A stretch of DNA of 64,000 nucleotides from Octopus vulgaris. Lineage: Eukaryota. A model generated the notes under the pieces. It made no database searches and was not told the origin of the DNA. It saw only the letters and a program-made list of their open reading frames with translations. The stretch's first letter is position 1. Every line of letters starts with the position of its first letter. The stretch covers positions 46,748,001-46,812,000 of the forward strand of contig OX597832.1 of the NCBI GenBank assembly GCA_951406725.2, written 5' to 3'. The translations under genes and the position numbers were made by a program. This document shows, piece after piece, positions 54,518-64,000 of this stretch.

Positions 54518-54588
<71 letters not shown>

Positions 54589-54820
54589 GCGTGTGTGTGT
54601 TTGTGTGTCTGTGTTTGTCCCCCTAGCATTGCTTGACAACCGATGCTGGTGTGTTTATGTCCCCCGTTACTTAGCAGTTCGGAAAAAGCGAGCAATAGAA
54701 TAAGTACTGGGCTTACAAAAGAATAAGTCCCGGGGTCGATTCGCTCGATTAAAGTCGGTGCTCTAGCATGGCCGCAGTCAAATGACTGAAACAAGTAAAA
54801 GAGTAAAAGAGTAAAGAGTG
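54357..54820 (+). mobile_element. SINE-A
   Basis: Consensus match. Confidence 0.9.
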
Positions 54821-54825
54821 AAGAG

Positions 54826-54880
<55 letters not shown>

Positions 54881-55200
54881 GTGAAGGCGTATGGCTCAGT
54901 GGTTAGAGCGTCGAGCTTACGATCGTGAGGTGGTGAGTTCAAATCCCAGACCGGGCTGCATTGTGTTCTTGAGCAAGACAATTTATTGCACGTTGCTCCA
55001 GTTCACTCAGCTGTAGAAATGAGTTGCGACATCACAGGTGCCCCTTTGCCTTTCTCTTGGATAACACTGGTAGCGTGAAGAGGGAAGGCCGGTATGCATG
55101 GGCGACTGCTGGTCTTCCATAAACAACCTTCCCTTGACTTGTGCTTTGGAGGGTAACTTTCTAGGTGCAATCCCATGGTCACTCACGACCGAAGAGTTTC
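54881..55200 (+). mobile_element. SINE-C, inside (TTA)n
   Basis: Consensus match. Confidence 0.88.
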
Positions 55201-55204
55201 TCAG

Positions 55205-55258
<54 letters not shown>

Positions 55259-55380
55259 GAGTGAGAGAGCCGTACATGGGGTAAAATATGCGAAGCCCAA
55301 TATACCCATCTTGATTACCCCGTCAGATAAGGGTACACCAGGCACATGCATCACAACCATTTGTGCACGATATGGTTGCA
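55259..55380 (-). mobile_element. Partial copy of the (TAA)n-associated repeat at 51704
   Basis: ggggtaaaatat.cgaagcccaatatacccatc...gggtacaccaggcacatgcatcacaacc shared. Confidence 0.8.
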
Positions 55381-56080
55381 GGTCTTAATTTCTGAATTAT
55401 TTCCGAAACTTTGGTTGTGTTGGTAGGGCCACGTGAAGCGCACGGGCTATCCAAGTTTGGCATAAACTATTTAAAGATGATAACGAAATCTATACATTAA
55501 GAGCGCGCATTGGAAAAGACTTGGTTGACAAGGCAAAGGCCGGCCCGAGGCTATAAACAAAGGCACCTTCCGAAGGTCCCAAGGAGTGTGACTGAGCCCG
55601 AAGCTAACTGATTGCCGTGACAGATTCTCCACCAAACAGCTATGACTGCGCCTACTAGTAATATATATTAAATAAACTCAGTGACGTTATCTCCCGAGAA
55701 TAGGAAAAAGTGAGATTATGGCGACAAAAAATAGTTAGATTGACAAAATGATAGAAAGTTGTTGGATTATGTAATCGTCTCTGTTACACGTTTAGTAATA
55801 CAAGATTGGTTTTAGAGATTTATCTACTTTACCATCTAAAGATGAATAAACAACGGGTTTTTGAGTACAATGTAGCTCCTTTACCGTATTTCGGAAGAGC
55901 ATTTATCACCATAACATAAATAAGCTGTCGATATTGATTGGTTTTATTGTAAGATATTGTAAGAAATAGTATATTTTTTGAGATCAAACCGATGCCGTGT
56001 CCTTTATTCCAACATAATATTGATCCAGTTCCTTTCTTGAAAAATAATAAGCTTTCCTCAAACAACAATGTTTTCCACTT

Positions 56081-56329
56081 GGCGTAGGAGTGGCTGTGTG
56101 GTAAGTAGCTTGCTCTCCAACCACATGGTTCCGGGTTCAGTTCCACTGCGTGGCACCTTGGGCAAGTGTCTTCTGCTATAGCCTCGGGCCGACCAAAGCC
56201 TTGTGAGTGGATTTGGTCGACGGAAACTGAAAGAAGTCCGTCATATATATATATATATATATAAATTCAGGGTGGATACTTGATAGTTGTAAGCACCTGT
56301 ATATACCATTTAGTGGTGTAGGTGATAGA

Positions 56330-56383
<54 letters not shown>

Positions 56384-56605
56384 GTATGTATGTATATGTG
56401 TGTATATGTTTGTGTGTCTGTGTTTGTCTCCCCAACATCGCTTGACAACCGATGCTGGTGTGTTTACGTCCCCGTAATTTAGCGGTTCGGCCAGATAGAC
56501 CGATAGAATAAGTACTAGGCTTACAAAGAATCAGTCCTGGGGTCGACTTGCTCGACTAAAGGCGGTGCTCCAGCGTGGCCGCAGTCAAATGACTGAAGCA
56601 GGTTA
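56081..56605 (+). mobile_element. SINE-A with a ~67-bp foreign insert (56264-56330) in its internal (TA)n
   Basis: Consensus match; unique insert flanked by (TA)n. Confidence 0.88.
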
Positions 56606-57038
56606 AAAAATAAATTAAATTTGTATTCATTATTTCCATAATTTTCTTTCCAAAATTGAAAATGCTCTGAAAAGAATACAACGAAGCGACAAGGACTAAG
56701 ACAAAACATCTAATTCCTGCAGTGAACTGACAAAATCCAGTAATGCTAATACGTGAAGAGATATAGAAAATATAATTTATGGTGTCTAATCTATGTAATT
56801 CACGTGGAGATACTAAATGAGAACACGAGCTCTAATTTTTCACTATTTTTAATGAGAAAGCATCGGATTGAAGAAGAAGAAGAAGAAATGAGAAGGAAGT
56901 AAAAATACCAAGATGATAAATATCCTAAATTTGTCAGTAATGATGCATTTCGTATATTGTTTATAGTCGTTACAATATATAATGTATGTAATTGTAAATT
57001 TGGTGCGTTTGGTACAAATGTAACATGCGGCTTGTCCG

Positions 57039-57052
57039 AATGATGATGATGA

Positions 57053-57094
<42 letters not shown>

Positions 57095-57095
57095 C

Positions 57096-57152
<57 letters not shown>

Positions 57153-57420
57153 GGTGGTGGTGATGATGATGATGACGATGGTGGTGGTGGTGTTGTTGTT
57201 GGTAGTGGTGGTGATGATGATGATGATGGTGATGAGGATGGTGATGGTGGTGATGGTGGTGGTGGTGGTGGTGGTGATGAAGATGATGATGATGATGATG
57301 GTGATGGTGGTGGGGATGATGGTGATGATGACGATGAAGATGATGATGTTGATGCTGGTGGTGGTGATGACGATGACGATGATGATGATGGTGGTGGTGG
57401 TGATGATGTTGATGATTATG

Positions 57421-57468
<48 letters not shown>

Positions 57469-57487
57469 TTGATGATGATGTTGATGA

Positions 57488-57520
<33 letters not shown>

Positions 57521-58033
57521 CAATGATGATGACGATAATGATGACTGTGGTGGTGGTGCTCGTGCTGGTGGTGGTTATGATGGTGGTGGTGGTGGTGGTG
57601 GTGGTGGTGGTGTTGGTGGTGGTGGTGGTGTTGGTGGTGTTGTCGACAAGGGAAGTGATTATGACAATGAGGATGATACTAAATTATGATGGCGGTCATG
57701 ATGATGATGATGATGATGATGATGATGGTGGTGGTGGCAATGATGATGACGATAATGATGACTGTGGTGGTGGTGCTCGTGCTGGTGGTGGTTATGATGG
57801 TGGAGACAATGATAATGGGTACATTCATGATGATGATGGTGGTGGTGGTGGTGGTGGTGGTGGTGGTGGTGGTGGTGGTGGTGGTGGTGGTGGTGGTGTC
57901 GACAAGGGAAGTGATTATGACAATGAGGATGATACTAAATTATGATGGCGGTCATGACGATGATGATGATGATGATGATGTTACTAATCATGTTGATAAT
58001 GATGATGATGACAACGACAATGACGACGACGAC

Positions 58034-58067
<34 letters not shown>

Positions 58068-58068
58068 T
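57039..58068 (+). repeat. (GAT/GGT/GAC)n compound microsatellite with an internal block duplication
   Basis: ggcaatgatgatgacgataatgatgactgtgg...gtcgacaagggaagtgattatgacaatgaggatgatactaaattatgatggcggtcatga occurs twice. Confidence 0.92.
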
Positions 58069-58477
58069 GCAGAAGCAGTGAGCAATGTAGTGTAAATATC
58101 GATTGAACTGACAGTGAGACGCCTAAAATAGGTTGAGATGGAAAATAATTACGATAATGACACAATAAAATTAATGAATTATTTCATTTGGATTACAACA
58201 ATAACTTGGAAAAATATGGAGATATTGAGATATTTTGCATGAAATGAATTTCAACGATCGTCTTAGAGCTAATATTGTTGTTTACGCTGTGGCGGTAACA
58301 CCGCACGAGCGCACGCATGCGCAGACACACGCGCGTACAGACGTACACACTGATACGCACACATACGTACGCACAAACACACTGACACGCGCACACACAT
58401 TCACACTTGCAAACTCATACAAAGCCACACATGCGTAGAGTACATTAGCAAATAAGTATACATGGAGTAGTCTTTGC

Positions 58478-58530
<53 letters not shown>

Positions 58531-58563
58531 TATACACATATATATACGCGTATAATTATATGT

Positions 58564-58858
58564 GTGGAGGCGCAATGGCCCAGTGGTTAGGGCAGCGGAC
58601 TCGCGGTCGAAGGATCGCGGCTTCAATTCCCAGACCGGGCGTTATGAGTGTTTGTTGAGAGACAACACCTAAAGCTCCACGAGGCTCCGGCAGGGGGTGG
58701 TGGCGATCCCTGCTGTACTCTTTCGCCACAAATTTCTCTCACTCTTTCTTCTGTTGGCTTGCTCGTCATTCAAAGGCTAAAACAATGCGAAGCGCATTGT
58801 GACCAGCGATGTGTAGCAGCATCTGATAGCCTGGTCGGTCACGCTGATCACGGTGATA
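58564..58858 (+). mobile_element. SINE-D with tail variant D2
   Basis: Head matches the 15293-15610 copy; tail differs after ctctcactcttt. Confidence 0.85.
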
Positions 58859-58870
58859 ATTATATGCATG

Positions 58871-58914
<44 letters not shown>

Positions 58915-58945
58915 CCCATACACGTGTATGTGTGTGTGCGTGGAT

Positions 58946-59170
58946 CGGCGAGCTGGCAGAAACGTTAGCACGCTGGGCGAAATGCGTAGCCGTATTTCGT
59001 CTGCCATTACGTTGTGAGTTCAAATTCCGCCAAGGTCGACTTTGCCTTTCATCCTTTCGGGGTCGATGAATTAAGTACCAGTTACGCACTGGGGTCGATA
59101 TAATCGACTTAATCCGTGTCTGTCCTTGTTTGTCCCTTCTGTGTTTAGCCCCTTGTGGGTAGTAAAGAAA
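58946..59170 (+). mobile_element. SINE-B, full length
   Basis: Consensus match. Confidence 0.9.
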
Positions 59171-60673
59171 TGGATATATATATATATATATAAAATATAT
59201 ACATACATTCATACATATAATATGCATTTTGTAAAGATCTTTTTTTTTATCTGGATTGGTTGAATGACAACCCGTATGACACAGTGCTCTAACCAGTAAG
59301 CTGAACGGTACCTGACAACAATTACCGCTAATTTTAAGGCTAAATAATAGCTAACGACTGAGGCAATATTTATACCGAAAGGTGATATTTATCCTCACTT
59401 AAAAGTGGAATTTTTTGTTAGGACAAACTACAGTGGGGTAGGCATTACGAGAGAAACTCTTGCTTACAACATCGACGGGGACTTAAATTTCCAAAACCTC
59501 TAGCGTCGAGATCACCAGATCACGTGACTTCGACTTTCCTTCGCCTTGTCCAATGATAGACGTATCATATGTAATTTAAGAAAAATGAAACTTAACGCTG
59601 TTGAATAAAAGCGATTTTCCTTAAATCTGAATCTTTTGCGAGAGTCGTCGCTTAGTTTCACATTCCCCTCCGACACACAATTAAGGGCTGCTTAAATACA
59701 CATCGCTTATTTACACTGGATAACATTGCCCAGTTTCAAATGAAAACATATACACTAAAATTCATGCAACTTTGATAAGATGAATGCTTAATTATCATAT
59801 ATCATCATTTGGTTCACCTGGGTGTACTCATTAAAAGACAACGTGAAATATAAGAACGTTTATACGAAGACCAATATTCTAGAATTTTGCTTTGATTCGC
59901 TCTAATATAGTGATTTAGGTTCATGGATGCATGTATGAACTTGCAGTGGATATATATACATATATAATGATTATCGTATTTTTTAATAATTGCTTAGGGA
60001 TGAATGTTAATTGAATAATGTAAATTGATTTTATTGATCACGTTCGTACATACACACCCCGCAACAACCAAACCCTTACAGAAGCATAGGCTAGAGATAA
60101 TCGCCAAGTGCAGACTTCGTATCTACTTCTTTGTATTGCATGTCCTTTCTTGCCCAACACACCCAGTCTCATAAATACAAGTTTATGTATTCATTATTGA
60201 ATTCTGTACAATCATGCTCTTAAAGATACAAGCAGGGGATTGACAGCAATTGAAGCAATCTGCGAATAATGATAATGAGTATGTTACGTGCTATTACTTT
60301 TTTCTGCCTCTTGCTCACGCAATTTAATATATTATCATTTAATATACAGAGTATAGAGATAAGAACTATTGATAGTTTCTTGCTTTAGAGACACGGGTCT
60401 AAGCTGGTTTCTATAACTCGCCTTATGTCTCCAAGCAATCTATAGGCTCTGAGCACATGTGAATTTGTCTGTGTTAACTACATCTGAAAGATGGAGCCTT
60501 GTATCTTTGTTGGACACCGGCTTCCTCCTCAGTGGAAGAGTTACAATGATTAAAAAAAAGAAGAGACATACATATATACGTATCTACATAGTAGACACAA
60601 CCATTATATAGATAAATAGGTGGATGGATGGATGGATAGATAGATAGATAGATGGATAGATACATAGATAGAT

Positions 60674-60731
<58 letters not shown>

Positions 60732-60780
60732 CATGCCAACCGATGTAGATTAGCAGACAGATAGACAGGGAAGTGTGTGT

Positions 60781-60813
<33 letters not shown>

Positions 60814-61188
60814 CGTGTGTGTGTGTGTGTGTGCTTGTGTGCTTGTGTGTGTCTGTGTGCCTGGGAGTGAGTGTTTCGATACGTTTGGAAAATAATGGAA
60901 AGCAATGCCGTGTGATTTCCTCTTTCTCGGTAATCGCTGTTAACCATCAGTTCCAAAAGCGAAAGAGTCATTTCATTCCACGATTCTCTTCAGTAATGAA
61001 TGATCGTTAATACCACTTATACACGACATTTCCACATTTCATTCATTTCATTCTGACCTTCTTTCCGATCTCAAGTATTTATAAGTTAACCTTTCACTTT
61101 TTACCTTTAAACTCTCTTTTGCTGCTGACCGCTTAGACGAGCCAGACGATCTTGGCAAACAGAACGACACGAATACACACACACGCAT

Positions 61189-61235
<47 letters not shown>

Positions 61236-61361
61236 CGCACGCACACACACACACACACACATGTGTATATATATATATATATGTTTGTACATGTATGTCT
61301 GTATTATATGATAAAATATATAATTTTGTATAATATAATATAATACCTGATATATAGTTAT

Positions 61362-61454
<93 letters not shown>

Positions 61455-61732
61455 ATACAAGACTTCAGGAATAAAGCAGACAATATGAGGTCTATGTGTT
61501 TCATAGCGAGCGGAACCTCAGAAAATGATAAATATCCAAGTGAGGTGTATACCGCAGGCAACCCTCCACTCCAAGGATATGTTGATTGTTCTTGCATCTT
61601 GATCCTTAGATCTCACAACCTTTTCAATAGTCTTGACTCTGTCCGTTATTTAAACTGCGTTCTTTCTTGTTTGTTTGAGCGCATGTGTGTGGGTCAATGT
61701 TTGTGTGTGTGTTTGTATGTGTGTGTGTTTGT

Positions 61733-61789
<57 letters not shown>

Positions 61790-62722
61790 TACCTATGCAC
61801 TCAACAGAATATATGTAATTGTATTACGCACTCTTTTCCATGAATTCAGTTCCAACTACAATTTGACCCAAGCCGATTTCGACATACCCTTTCACTGCCT
61901 GAAAACCATTACAATGCTGAAAGGTTATTACTAAATTTGTGGGTACTTCATCACAAGTTCACGGGTGTATTCTTTCCGCTATATTTTCTATACCGAAATG
62001 ATGTCATATAAAAACCAGAGAACATCTACTTCGGGTCATAGATTTTGAGATCCCAAACAAGACCTACAAGCTATGACTTTATAACAGTTTTCATTCTTAA
62101 TCTCTACTAATATTCTTTCAATTCATCGGTTTAAATATGATTACATTTATTCGGAGTTCTTTTTATTCTTTCACATTCTATTCCAGATTGTTCTGTCCCA
62201 GATATCGTACCTTCTGCGAATTTCTTTTATTTACATCTGTTTTCGGTTTGAGTCTTGCGTAACCTTCACTGCTTTTCAGCTGATTCTGTCAGTGATTTGA
62301 GCAGAATTTACTTGCTAGAGAATATATTTTTTGCTGGAGAATTATATACAGACAACATACTGGCACTCCACACCAGGGTTTTAAAGCAGTTTATTTCTTA
62401 TGTGGTCTGGGTTGCTGGTTTCAAGCACCCTTGTAAAACCTCCTTATAACAATAATCTGGTTTTTCCTTTTGTTTTCTTGTTTATTGTTGAGTTAAGTTG
62501 TATTTCCTAATGTAAGAGATTAGTGTCAGCTTATTGTAATCATGTTATCGTTGTATACGTGCTCGCAAACATAAGCGAGATAGTCGTGCTGAGCTATCTT
62601 TTTCTGATCCGGAGATGTTGCTTTTCTGCTACGGTCACAAGTTTCATTCGATGTTGATACATATTTAAGACCTCAACCGTAATCTCAGCGTAGGAATTAT
62701 TTTCTCTCAACATCCCATTTAA

Positions 62723-63118
62723 TACTCTTTACTCTTTTACTCTTTTTACTTGATTCAGTCATTTGACAGCGGCCATGCTGGAGCACCGCCTTTAGTCGAC
62801 CCCCATGCCTTATTCTTTTGTAAGCCCAGCACTTATTGTATCGGTCTGCTTTGCCGAACTGCTAAGTTACGGGGACGCAAACACACCAGCATCGGTTGTC
62901 AAGCGATGTTGGGGGGTCAAACACAGACACACAAACATATATATATACATATATACGACGGGCTTCTTTCAGTTTCCGTCTACCAAATCCACTCACAAGG
63001 CCTTGGTCGGCCCGAGGCTATAGTAGAAGACACTTGCTCAAGGTGCCACGCAGTGGGAGTGAACCCGGAACCATGTGGCTGGTAAGCAAGCTACTTACCA
63101 CACAGCCACTCCTACGCC
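62723..63118 (-). mobile_element. SINE-A, full length
   Basis: Consensus match. Confidence 0.9.
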
Positions 63119-63583
63119 TATTGGTAACATTTCCAATAGTTCCATTCAAAATTTCCAGGATCTTTTTTTCTGTCCTGTATAGCTTTTGAAGTAAATTGTT
63201 GTGGAGTGAACTAACACCACTGCACGTGACTTGTGAGTGCACTGGATGAGTCTTATAAATAGAGTAGCCATTTTGACCCGTGCTTCGCTCGGATTTTGGT
63301 GGTGCTGGTGGTGTTTTCTCCGTGTTGTCTCCTTTTCCCTTTCTTCTTTTGTTCGTCTTCTTTGATTTTCCCATATTCCTCACCAAAGCAACCAAACGGT
63401 AGCCCCGAGCGACTTGCAACCCTCCTCTCACCATTGCCCACACCATTTTACCCCCCACACCCGTGTAAATTTTGGCGCCAATCCGACCCCATCTATCGCT
63501 CCTTAAAATGTTCCCGTCCCAAAATGTGACAAATAACGAAGAAATCAAACAACTTTTTCTCATTTCAGCATTATAGATATCGA

Positions 63584-64000
63584 AGTGGCTGTGTGGTAAG
63601 TAGCTTGTTTACCAACCACATGGTTCCGGGTTCAGTCCCACTGCGTACCACATTGGGCAAGTGTCTTCTACTATAGCCTCGGGCCGACCAAAGCCTTGTG
63701 AGTGGATTTGGTAGACGGAAACTGAAAGAAGCCCGTCGTATATATGTATATATATATATATATATGTGTGTGTGTATGTACGTGTATGTTTGTATGTCTG
63801 TGTTTCTCTCCCCAACATCGCTTGACAACCGATGCTGGTGTGTTTATGTCCCCTTCACTTAGCGGTTCGGCAAAAGAGACCGATAGAATAAGTACTGGGC
63901 TTACAAAGAATAAGTCCCGGGGTCGATTAGCTCGACTGAAGGCGGTGCTCCAGCATGGCCGCAGTCAAATGACTGAAACAAGTAAAAGAGAGAGTAAAAG
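63584..64000 (+). mobile_element. SINE-A
   Basis: Consensus match. Confidence 0.9.

Noticed and set aside
54881-54955. tRNA-like sequences at SINE heads
   Set aside because: They continue into SINE bodies in multiple copies and lack a proper acceptor stem; not tRNA genes
57025-57945. 306-aa ORF and overlapping 131-aa ORF
   Set aside because: Translation of a (GAT/GGT)n microsatellite giving poly-M/V/D/G; no splice or domain evidence
61507-61539. Possible 33-nt phase-1 micro-exon; also an acceptor-like site at 62279
   Set aside because: Weak splice signals expected by chance in 60 kb; peptides not recognisable
63266-63560. Helitron-like 5' motif gacccgtgcttcgctcgg and the 181-aa minus-strand ORF
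   Set aside because: Single copy here, no 3' hairpin or CTRR end identified, and the ORF runs into SINE-A; insufficient support

Overview
AT-rich, extremely microsatellite- and retroposon-dense eukaryotic DNA. The repeat families look like those of an Octopus (coleoid cephalopod) genome; this is inferred from recalled repeat consensus, not from a search. Almost all ORFs in the track are microsatellite or SINE artefacts. The only credible host coding sequence is a 73-nt signal-peptide-like first coding exon (3658-3730, +, phase-1 GTAAG donor), so most of the window is probably one very large intron. The rest is: about 50 copies or fragments of at least five tRNA-derived SINE types (labelled A-E here); 5'-truncated LINE ends sitting in clade-specific microsatellites (Dong/R4 in (TAA)n, Tx1 in (GATA)n, RTE in (CATA)n); Tc1, mariner and hAT relics; and at least eight minimal type-I hammerhead-ribozyme-like motifs of several sequence families, in probable Penelope-like terminal-repeat fragments, two of them in fold-back palindromes. 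The most interesting signals are the hammerhead diversity (including U3-A8 core variants), SINE-B multimers with the same junction at three loci, and the microsatellite partitioning among retroelement clades. No complete autonomous element, CRISPR array or novel protein-coding system is supported. Repeat boundaries are read by eye and approximate.
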